A stretch of 32,000 bases of DNA from Nitrososphaerota archaeon (GTDB lineage: Archaea; Thermoproteota; Nitrososphaeria; Nitrososphaerales; UBA57): assembly GCA_013306035.1 (NCBI GenBank), contig JABUBF010000001.1, positions 12,220-44,219 on the forward strand, written 5' to 3'. The stretch's first letter is position 1, and the number at the start of each line of letters is the position of its first letter. A program made the position numbers and the translations under genes. The notes beneath the pieces were generated by a model. That model was not told the DNA's origin, searched no databases, and worked only from the letters and a program-made list of their open reading frames with translations. This document shows, piece by piece, positions 15,879 through 23,483 of the stretch.

Positions 15879-17524
15879 ATTCTCTTTTTCATCAACTGAT
15901 CCAAATCTATATCAAATAATGAAATCGGAGTTCTTAACGCAAAGTTTTCTAAGACCTGTGGTTTAATCTCACCTATCGCTCCAATCTTGATTCCTCCTTC
16001 ATCAATTATTTCTGCCGCTCTGCCTTTCACGAATATTTCATTCTCGCTAGCTTTCGTTGACAAATCTATGTCGAGTAACTGTTTGCCAAATGCATTTAGA
16101 TATGAACTTGCTTCTGTAAAATTCACTGTTGCATGTGCTAACCCTACCGTAAGCTGGTAATGTTCCTGTATTTCATTATCGATTTTGTTAAACACTCTCG
16201 AAATCTCAAAGATTCTTTGAGGATATTTCTTATGTATATTTTTTGAAAATGTCTTGAGAATAGATGGCACATTGGAATTCTTCAGTACTTTATGTTCAAT
16301 GCTTTTTGTATCAACAACTTTTAACAAATTATCTGTACTCATTTCAGATTTTTTTAGCATATCTTCACTGATTAGCCCAATTGTCATTATCTCAATTAAT
16401 CCTAATCCTGTAAGAACATCTCTTGCTTTATCCAAGAATTGTTGATTTTTATCAAATCCACCAGTCATATCCGAACCTGGCAGTGTTGGTTTTAGGTTGT
16501 GTATACCGTAGCCTAATACAATTTCTTCAATTACATCTACTGGATGAATCAAATCAAATCTGAAAGGCTCTGTTTTTACTATTACCTTATTATTTTCTAT
16601 ATTTGCTGAAATCCTACATCGACGTAAATATGTAATAATTTCCTTTTCTGATAATTCCAATCCCAGAAGCGATCTTACATATTCTAACTCAACTTCCATT
16701 ACCTCTTCTTTGATTTGCGGTGTCTTAATCTTGGAGTTATCCGAATTAATCTCTACTGTATGAACCTTTCCACCTGCATCATTTAGAGTTGTAAAAATTA
16801 CCGATAATGCATTACACACTGAATCTAAATCAGTTCCCGTTACATCTATAAACAAATTAGTTGTTTTCGAATCTAATCGAGTTAAATCTCCATTAATTAT
16901 TGGAGGAAAAGACAAAACTTGTTTGTTTGCATCCCTAATGATAGGATATAGATTCTTCCCTGCAAGTATACTTGCATATTGATTTCCTATTTCTGAATCC
17001 AATATTTCTTTTATAGTCATATCTGAATCCTTGTTTAAAGGAATAAATGAAAATGAATCATCTACTGTGATGTATTCCAACGGTGATTCTATAACATCCA
17101 AATTATGAATTCCTATTGCAACTTTCTTCCTTTTTCTTCCAATACCATTGTGCAGATCCTCCTGCATTGTAATGATCTGCCTTATTGTTTCATCCTCTAA
17201 TTTGATATCTTTTATTACTGCTGCAACAATATACGGTCTAACATCTCTAGTTGATTTATCAATATTAATCACTAAATCACTTTCATATACATCATATTTT
17301 GAATATTGAGTCTCAAAATCTAAAAAACTATTCAAAGATCTTGCTATTCCATAATCAGTAGAATAATCTGGACGATTCGGATTATATTCTATCTTTATGT
17401 ATTCCTCAGTTTGTTCTTCAATATCCAAACCTAGGTACGGAATCTTATCAATTAATTCATCCTTCGATATCTCACCTTTCAACATCGAAAATATTCTATC
17501 ATAATAAACTGTGACTACGGGCAT
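15875..17524 (-). CDS. pheT: phenylalanine--tRNA ligase beta subunit (archaeal type)
   Basis: The archaeal PheT N-terminus MPVVTV... begins at ATG 17524 (the ORF track start 17545 is 7 codons upstream). About 550 aa, immediately downstream of and overlapping pheS. Confidence 0.85.
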   Translation of the reverse strand: MPVVTVYYDRIFSMLKGEISKDELIDKIPYLGLDIEEQTEEYIKIEYNPNRPDYSTDYGIARSLNSFLDFETQYSKYDVYESDLVINIDKSTRDVRPYIVAAVIKDIKLEDETIRQIITMQEDLHNGIGRKRKKVAIGIHNLDVIESPLEYITVDDSFSFIPLNKDSDMTIKEILDSEIGNQYASILAGKNLYPIIRDANKQVLSFPPIINGDLTRLDSKTTNLFIDVTGTDLDSVCNALSVIFTTLNDAGGKVHTVEINSDNSKIKTPQIKEEVMEVELEYVRSLLGLELSEKEIITYLRRCRISANIENNKVIVKTEPFRFDLIHPVDVIEEIVLGYGIHNLKPTLPGSDMTGGFDKNQQFLDKARDVLTGLGLIEIMTIGLISEDMLKKSEMSTDNLLKVVDTKSIEHKVLKNSNVPSILKTFSKNIHKKYPQRIFEISRVFNKIDNEIQEHYQLTVGLAHATVNFTEASSYLNAFGKQLLDIDLSTKASENEIFVKGRAAEIIDEGGIKIGAIGEIKPQVLENFALRTPISLFDIDLDQLMKKRI

Positions 17525-19032
17525 AATGGAACTCCCCTTAACCAATCAAGATCATTTTCATATAACTTTCTAACATCATCTATTCCATATCTTAACATAA
17601 CAAGCCGTTCTAATCCACTTCCCCATGCAAGAACTGGATTGTCTACACCAAGCGGCTTAGTAACTTCAGGTCTAAATATTCCCATACCTCCCAATTCTAT
17701 CCACTTGCCTAGACCTTCATGATATACCATTGACTGTAGCGACGGTTCAGTATAAGGGAAAAATGAAGGCCAAAACTTTATCTTATCAAATCCTAATTTC
17801 TTATAGAATTTTGTCAATAATCCCATTAAATCTCTAAGTGTTACATCTTTGCCTACTACAATTCCTTCAATCTGATGAAATTCAACCAAGTTCTTGAAAG
17901 TAACTTTCTCATTACGGAATACTCTTCCAACTGAAAATACTCTCGCCTCATCTGGTTTGTTGTCAGCTAAGTTTCTTACTGATACACAAGTTGTATGTGT
18001 TCTCATGACCATTCTTCGTGCTTGTTCGATGTTCCATTGATACCCCCAACCTTTTGAGCCCGTATCTGCACCATTTTTATGTACACCTTCTACATTTTTC
18101 AATATTTGTTTGTCTACATTAAGTGACGATTTCTCATTTGCAATGTAAAAAGTATCTTGAATCTCTCTTGCAGGATGATCTTGAGGCGTAAACAAAGCAT
18201 CAAAATTCCAAAACGAAGATTGAACAATCGATCCTTCTACTTCTTGAAAACCTAACGATACAAAAATCTCTCTTACTTCATCTATGAATATCCTTACCGG
18301 ATGTTTCTTTCCAGAATATATTGTTGGAGCTGGCGATTCTACATTTAATGGTCTTAAAGTATTGTTTCTCCATTCTCCTGATTCTAACATCTTCGGCGTT
18401 AGCACATCAATGTAATTATCATCTTTAATATTTCTTGCAATCTCTAAACCATCTTTTGTAATCTTTATACGTGTTTTCTTTACTATTTCATATGAAATAT
18501 AATCAGGTCTTTTTACTAGCGAACGTAGTATTTCCTGTTCTTCCGAGACGAAATTCGAAAGTTCTGTAGGCCCGGAAATTTTATTTAATACCTCTTCCAC
18601 TCTTGATACTGCACTATTACCTTCCTTTCGTATCATAACTCTGTTATCTTTCTTGAAAATCTTGATCCATTTCTCTGACCTTGCATATCCTAATGCTGCT
18701 GATAATTCATCTTGATTCAAATCTATCTTTTTTGGTAATTCCGATAATTCAATATCTTCTCCAGTTTTTAACTTATCTACAAGTCTTTTTTCAGGTAATC
18801 CTTTCTGCTTTGCACTTTCTCCTTCCCTACCAAGAGTGATTAATTTAATTTCATTCATTTTTACCTCAATCAGATTCTTCTCTTTCAACCATTCTACTGA
18901 TCTTCTTATTTGGTCTAAAGTAAGCCCCGAATCACTAACTAAATCCTCAAGCTCAGCCTCGTTCCTACCAGACATCACTTGCAATAATTTTCTTTCTAAT
19001 AAATGCAAGTTATTTGTGTTCATATCCGCCAA
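17515..19032 (-). CDS. pheS: phenylalanine--tRNA ligase alpha subunit (archaeal type)
   Basis: Class II core motifs HPAREIQDTFY, MRTHTT, FSVGRVFRNE and GMGIFRPEV...AWGSGLERL. N-terminal winged-helix repeats. Confidence 0.9.
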   Translation of the reverse strand: MADMNTNNLHLLERKLLQVMSGRNEAELEDLVSDSGLTLDQIRRSVEWLKEKNLIEVKMNEIKLITLGREGESAKQKGLPEKRLVDKLKTGEDIELSELPKKIDLNQDELSAALGYARSEKWIKIFKKDNRVMIRKEGNSAVSRVEEVLNKISGPTELSNFVSEEQEILRSLVKRPDYISYEIVKKTRIKITKDGLEIARNIKDDNYIDVLTPKMLESGEWRNNTLRPLNVESPAPTIYSGKKHPVRIFIDEVREIFVSLGFQEVEGSIVQSSFWNFDALFTPQDHPAREIQDTFYIANEKSSLNVDKQILKNVEGVHKNGADTGSKGWGYQWNIEQARRMVMRTHTTCVSVRNLADNKPDEARVFSVGRVFRNEKVTFKNLVEFHQIEGIVVGKDVTLRDLMGLLTKFYKKLGFDKIKFWPSFFPYTEPSLQSMVYHEGLGKWIELGGMGIFRPEVTKPLGVDNPVLAWGSGLERLVMLRYGIDDVRKLYENDLDWLRGVPLCP

Positions 19033-19042
19033 TCTTAATCAC

Positions 19043-20161
19043 TTAATCTCTCAAAATAAATTTATCGAAAGTTTTCTTTGCAGACTCTCTTTTTCTTTGA
19101 TGTTCTTTTAAAAATATTTTGATCTTTTCTGCAGCTATTTGTTTTAATTCTCCTGATAATAGATTACCTGCTCTATAATCTCTCTCAATCTCTTCTATTT
19201 TCTTGTCATCCTCCTCTAAAATCATGTAAAGGTATTGGAATGCGCTATCTATATCTGGATTACCTCCATGTTTTCTATGTTCTTCTATCGTATCCCTACC
19301 TCCTGTAAACGCACTTTTTATTTTCTTCTCAGCTACTTCTGGTTCATCAGTTGTGAATATTGCAGTGTTTGGTTTTGATGAACTCATTTTTTCTCCCCTC
19401 TGCAATGCTGGTAAAAATTTCGAATGTATCTGAGCTGGCTTATAATATCCAAGTTTTGGAGCAATCTCTCTAGCAATTCCTCTCCAATAATCATCTTGAT
19501 CTATTGCTGCTGGAATCAAACATGGAATATTCTTTCCTTTTAATTCTGAAGGCAAAAAACAAGTCGCAGCTTGTAACGACGGAAAAAAAATCATTCCAAT
19601 ATTTGAACTGTTCTGGAAACCAAAGATACCTTTTACTGTGGAAAATGTTACGTGTTTTGCTATATCTGTTGAAATTTTATACATAGTTTTTATGTATTCA
19701 GTATTCTTGAAAATGAATGTTTTATCTGGATCAAAACCCAATGCTATTATGTCTAATATATTTTCATAAGAGAAATCCGATACTTGTTTCCTTGTTAATG
19801 ATCTATCATGCATGTATTTCTCGTCATCAGTAATCTGAAAATATAATTCTACATCAAATTTTTCTTGTAAATATTGGGTAAAAATCCAAGGTAGTAAATG
19901 CCCTAAATGTGTATCTCCTGAAGGTCCTCTTCCCGTGTATAAAAAGAATTTTTCGTCTTTTTCATATTTATCAAGAATCCAGTTGAAATCTCTATGACTA
20001 AAAAATACCTTTCTTTTTAACATAAAATGCGGTTTTCCAGTATGCTTTTCCACCCTATTTATTAAAGATTGGTCAATGTACGATGTTCCAAAATCCCTTA
20101 CCAATCTATCGTAATCTATATCTCCTTTTACTTCCCATGGAGTTACTGAATAATCTGCCAA
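19043..20161 (-). CDS. trpS: tryptophan--tRNA ligase (archaeal/eukaryotic type)
   Basis: VTPWEV.G.IDYDRLVRDFG, FFSHRDFN, LYTGRGPSGDTHLGHLLPW (HIGH region), ITDDEKY and KMSSSKP (KMSKS). Close collinearity by eye with eukaryotic/archaeal TrpRS. Confidence 0.9.
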   Translation of the reverse strand: MADYSVTPWEVKGDIDYDRLVRDFGTSYIDQSLINRVEKHTGKPHFMLKRKVFFSHRDFNWILDKYEKDEKFFLYTGRGPSGDTHLGHLLPWIFTQYLQEKFDVELYFQITDDEKYMHDRSLTRKQVSDFSYENILDIIALGFDPDKTFIFKNTEYIKTMYKISTDIAKHVTFSTVKGIFGFQNSSNIGMIFFPSLQAATCFLPSELKGKNIPCLIPAAIDQDDYWRGIAREIAPKLGYYKPAQIHSKFLPALQRGEKMSSSKPNTAIFTTDEPEVAEKKIKSAFTGGRDTIEEHRKHGGNPDIDSAFQYLYMILEEDDKKIEEIERDYRAGNLLSGELKQIAAEKIKIFLKEHQRKRESAKKTFDKFILRD

Positions 20162-20258
20162 TTTTATACCTGCATTTAATAAGTTATCTTTCGTTAATAT
20201 GATTTTATCGTGTGAATAATGAAAAAGTTAATGTATGTGTAATTTTTATAATGTATTG

Positions 20259-20376
20259 CTGCCGGCCATAGCGACGGGGTTCCACCTGGTCCCATTCCGA
20301 ACCCAGAAGTTAAGACCGTCGACGCCAGTGTGTTAGTGAGGTCCTAACGGTCTCGTGAAGCAATGGTGCCGGCACT
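20259..20376 (+). rRNA. rrf: 5S ribosomal RNA (stand-alone gene)
   Basis: G+C-rich block GCCGGCCATAGCGACGGGGTTCCACCTGGTCCCATTCCGAACCCAGAAGTTAAGACCGTC... with terminal helix TGCCGGC/GCCGGCA. The CCGAAC and AGTTAAG loop motifs are diagnostic of 5S. Ends are accurate to about 3 nt. Confidence 0.92.
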
Positions 20377-20439
20377 TTATTTTATCTAATAATGCTTATT
20401 TTCTAGTGATAACATAACTGTCTTGATTGAGTTGATTTT

Positions 20440-21558
20440 ATGGATTTAGTATTTATAATCGGAGCAGGAAACGCGCAAATAACAAGTAATCCAATTATTA
20501 ATCTTGCAATTGTTTATCTTCCGTTAGCTCTTTTAATCTTATACGGACAAAGATTACAAGTTTGGCTTATTACTAATGACTTATCCAAAACTGTTGGACG
20601 TCTAAAGGAAATGAAAGATAGGTCAAGACAAGAAACTATTGATCATATTACTGAAGGAATAGATAACAAAGAAGAAACAATAAAACGCCTCGATTCATTT
20701 CTTGAATATTTTACCATTATGCCTGTTGATTTAGATCCCGCCGGTGTGATAAATAAACTTGATCATATTATGACTAGTCGAGACATACGAATGAAAAGTG
20801 AAATTAAACAACTGTTTCCTGATTTAGATAAACTTAAGGCGAACTCTGTCGAGAATGTTATTGAAATTGCCACGTCATTTAACTTTGTGTATAAAATTGT
20901 TCGTCATTTCTATTTAGTTGGTAAAAAGACAAATAATTTTATTATTCTAGCACAATTACAAATGATTATACCATTTCTTATGTTACAAGCTGATGCGTTA
21001 AGCCAAGCAATGACTACATTCAAAAAGAATCAACCTGTCGGCGATGCGATTGGACCTATGATTGTTGGTAAATTAATGTTAGAGCATGAAAAACATGACA
21101 TCGCTGTAGATACCATTTATGCCGAATCTGATATATCAGGCCGTAAAGCAATTCTTGTTACTGCTAAAGGACCTGTTGGAACTGTAGGTCAGCCTGGTAA
21201 TGCTGTTCAAGAGTTAATTCAGAAAGAAAATCCATCTCTTTTAATTATGATTGACGCTGCCCTAAGACTAGAAGGTGAAAAAACAGGCGAAGTTGCCGAA
21301 GGGGTAGGAGCTGCAATAGGAGGAATTGGAGTAGATAAATTCAAAATTGAAGAGGCTGCTACAAATAATAATATCCCTGTTTATGCAATAATTGTAAAAC
21401 AGACTATTGTTGAAGCGATCTCTGTTATGACCAAAGAGATTGCAGAAAGTGTTGATTCTGTTCACGATATTATTCATAGAATTATTGACGAAAGAACCAA
21501 GCCTAATGATAAAGTAATAATTGTAGGCGTTGGTAATACCATAGGCGTGATTCAGTAG
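20440..21558 (+). CDS. conserved archaeal protein of unknown function with N-terminal TM helix (possibly DUF1512 family)
   Basis: 372-aa ORF with N-terminal hydrophobic segment NLAIVYLPLALLILYG. The size and architecture recall the archaeal family of about 370 aa, DUF1512 (from memory, not searched). Confidence 0.55.
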   Translation: MDLVFIIGAGNAQITSNPIINLAIVYLPLALLILYGQRLQVWLITNDLSKTVGRLKEMKDRSRQETIDHITEGIDNKEETIKRLDSFLEYFTIMPVDLDPAGVINKLDHIMTSRDIRMKSEIKQLFPDLDKLKANSVENVIEIATSFNFVYKIVRHFYLVGKKTNNFIILAQLQMIIPFLMLQADALSQAMTTFKKNQPVGDAIGPMIVGKLMLEHEKHDIAVDTIYAESDISGRKAILVTAKGPVGTVGQPGNAVQELIQKENPSLLIMIDAALRLEGEKTGEVAEGVGAAIGGIGVDKFKIEEAATNNNIPVYAIIVKQTIVEAISVMTKEIAESVDSVHDIIHRIIDERTKPNDKVIIVGVGNTIGVIQ

Positions 21559-21765
21559 ATGTCATTACCAATAATGGGAGTACCCGACAAGAAACGAAAA
21601 AAACTCACAGTCTACACAATTGAAGAATGTATTAACTGTAAAAAACCAACTAAAAGAGAATTTAAAGACGGAGATTTGGTTCATAAAATTCTTGATAAAT
21701 GCAAAGATTGCGACAATAACATTATGATTTCTTTAATATACGGCGAAGAAATAAAAAAGAACTAA
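21559..21765 (+). CDS. small zinc-ribbon protein (4 Cys)
   Basis: 68 aa with CINC...CKDC. The ATG immediately follows the stop of the upstream gene (TAGATG), which suggests translational coupling. Confidence 0.55.
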   Translation: MSLPIMGVPDKKRKKLTVYTIEECINCKKPTKREFKDGDLVHKILDKCKDCDNNIMISLIYGEEIKKN

Positions 21766-22667
21766 GTCTTTGTTAGAATTACTGCCCCATTCTCTGTAGG
21801 CGTTATTGTATGTTCAAATTGTGCAACCGTTTGATTATTTGCTTCTAATAAATCAGGATATACACGCATGATTTTCTTTGCTACAAGTTTATTCAACATC
21901 GCATTCAATTCCTCTTTTTTATAATCGTCCAGATACCATCTTGGCGAAAATGGTAGAGTGTTTCTACTATCCCAAATCTTTTTTGTAAATTCATCTATTT
22001 TCTTATCACCGGTCTTCTTTCTTTTTATCAACATGTAAATTGTTTTTGTTTTACCATCTACAACATGTCCTGATCCATCTTTAACAGTAAGAAATGGTTC
22101 GATTGCATATACGTTTCCTATTCTTAAATTTGAACCTAATGCCGTCCATACATTAGGTATGGAAACCCCTGCATGAACTTTGAATCTCTCAATCGAATGA
22201 CCTGAAAGATTTGATATTGGTATGAATCCAAATTTATCTGCCGTATCAGAAATTACTTTTCCGATATTGGAAGAAGAAATCTTATCCTTTACAATTTTTA
22301 TCGCATTGTTCAGTGCTGTTTCAGTTGCTAATGTTAATTCTTGATAATCTGGATCATAACAGATTGTTGTAGCTGTATCTGCTACATAGCCATCAATATG
22401 CGCTCCTAAATCTAATTTAATTACGGCATCGTCTCTTATTGTCTGGTCGTCAAATAATTCTCCACTATAGTGAGCAGTAACACTATTGATTGATACGCCA
22501 CATGGAAAACCCGGTTCTGCTCCCAATCTTCTTGTCATTGATTCTACTTCTTCACAAACTTGATTTACTGTCATTCCGACTAAATCTTTTTTCTTAAAAT
22601 GTTCTCTAACAGTTGCCGCTATTTTTCCCGCCGTAACGAATCTTTCATCTATCTCCAGTTTATCCAT
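21762..22667 (-). CDS. map: methionine aminopeptidase, type 2 (archaeal)
   Basis: Metal-ligand context AHYSG, DLGAHIDGYVADTA, GHSIERFKVHAG, YAIEPF and FEHT. 301 aa. Confidence 0.9.
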   Translation of the reverse strand: MDKLEIDERFVTAGKIAATVREHFKKKDLVGMTVNQVCEEVESMTRRLGAEPGFPCGVSINSVTAHYSGELFDDQTIRDDAVIKLDLGAHIDGYVADTATTICYDPDYQELTLATETALNNAIKIVKDKISSSNIGKVISDTADKFGFIPISNLSGHSIERFKVHAGVSIPNVWTALGSNLRIGNVYAIEPFLTVKDGSGHVVDGKTKTIYMLIKRKKTGDKKIDEFTKKIWDSRNTLPFSPRWYLDDYKKEELNAMLNKLVAKKIMRVYPDLLEANNQTVAQFEHTITPTENGAVILTKT

Positions 22668-22753
22668 TATTTGATTCTAAATTTATTTTCTTGAATATAA
22701 AATCTATTCACATTCTTAAGATACATCTAAATCCCAATCATGTCGTATATGTT

Positions 22754-23224
22754 ATGATGAGTAAATACAAACGTAGCGCAGTCGGCGGGACATTTGATAT
22801 TTTACATATGGGTCATAAACATCTATTAGAAGCAACATTTCAAATATCTGACGAAGTAATAATCGGAGTCAGTTCTGATAATTTTGTAAATAAATTAAAT
22901 AAAACTGTCATTAATAACTACGAAAATCGAATAAAGAATATAGAATATTTCATAAAATCCACATTTCTAAATATTCCATATAATATCTATAAACTAGACG
23001 ATTACTTTGGACCTGCAAGTTTTCTAGACAATATAGATGTAATCGTTCTAACATCTGAGAATTCCCATCGTTTAGGCTCCTTAAACGATGAAAGAAAATC
23101 TCGAGGTTTAAGTCGACTTAATGGAGAAATTATCGAACTTCTTAATGCAAAAGATGGCCTTCCTATCTCAACAACTCGTATTAAGAAAGGAATAATTGAT
23201 TCCAATGGCAATTCTTTAATTTAA
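22754..23224 (+). CDS. coaD: phosphopantetheine adenylyltransferase (archaeal cytidylyltransferase-like)
   Basis: VGGTFDILHMGHKHLL nucleotidyltransferase motif and C-terminal ISTTRIKKG. ATG 22754 gives about 156 aa; the ORF track start TTG 22691 adds 21 non-conserved residues. Confidence 0.8.
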   Translation: MMSKYKRSAVGGTFDILHMGHKHLLEATFQISDEVIIGVSSDNFVNKLNKTVINNYENRIKNIEYFIKSTFLNIPYNIYKLDDYFGPASFLDNIDVIVLTSENSHRLGSLNDERKSRGLSRLNGEIIELLNAKDGLPISTTRIKKGIIDSNGNSLI

Positions 23225-23240
23225 AATAAGTACATTCGAT

Positions 23241-23251
23241 ATATATTATAA
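23241..23251 (+). promoter_or_regulatory. TATA-like box upstream of tRNA-Trp
   Basis: ATATATTATAA is centred about 30 nt upstream of tRNA position 1, the usual archaeal promoter spacing. Confidence 0.35.
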
Positions 23252-23308
23252 CTTGAATATTAATTCAAGAAGTAGGGGGGGGACGTAGCCTAGCTCGGTT
23301 ATGGCGTC

Positions 23309-23328
23309 AGCACTTGTTGTGCCGCTAA
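23309..23328 (+). other. tRNA-Trp intron 1 (20 nt, non-canonical position 28/29) with bulge-helix-bulge motif
   Basis: Central 4-bp helix GGCG (23303-06) / CGCT (23323-26). It is flanked by 3-nt bulges TCA (23307-09) and AAC (23327-29), with splice sites after the second bulge nucleotide. The inner hairpin is GCAC-TTGTT-GTGC. Confidence 0.75.
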
Positions 23329-23337
23329 CGGCTCCAG

Positions 23338-23400
23338 AAGCTAATAGTATAATTTAGGTAGAACTGACTTATTGGATGATGTACCTTTGGAGCAGCAGTG
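23338..23400 (+). other. tRNA-Trp intron 2 (63 nt, canonical position 37/38)
   Basis: Relaxed BHB: CTCC (23332-35) pairs with GCAG (23395-98) at 3 of 4 positions. The bulges are AGA (23336-38) and TGA (23399-401). GCT/AGC forms the inner helix. The intron contains CTGA (23364-67) and ATGATG (23376-81). Confidence 0.7.
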
Positions 23401-23483
23401 ACCGGGAGATCGTGGGTTCAAATCCTGCCGTCCCCATTTCCTCATCTTTCTTAATGGCATACGTATTTAGTAATTAGATTATG

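Larger units (their letters stand above)
23279..23436 (+). tRNA. trnW: tRNA-Trp (anticodon CCA) with two introns; exons 23279-23308, 23329-23337, 23401-23436
   Basis: 7-bp acceptor GGGGACG/CGTCCCC with discriminator A. D arm GCC-TAGCTCGGTTAT-GGC and T arm GTGGG-TTCAAAT-CCTGC. After removing 23309-23328 and 23338-23400, the anticodon arm is UCCGG-CUCCAGA-CCGGG, giving a 75-nt mature tRNA. No CCA is encoded. An AT-rich TATA-like box lies about 30 nt upstream. Confidence 0.85.

Noticed and set aside
23275-23282. Run of eight G immediately at the 5' end of the tRNA gene as a possible G-quadruplex or regulatory element.
   Set aside because: Four of the G residues are simply the acceptor stem (GGGGACG). 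A single G-run cannot form an intramolecular quadruplex.
23279-23436. Alternative reading of the tRNA as a class II tRNA-Ser, because the D arm (GCC-N11-GGC-G) resembles archaeal tRNA-Ser and the gene is long.
   Set aside because: No Ser anticodon loop or variable-arm hairpin can be built. The CUCCAGA loop, a 5-nt variable loop (AGAUC) and two BHB-bounded introns explain every nucleotide as tRNA-Trp.
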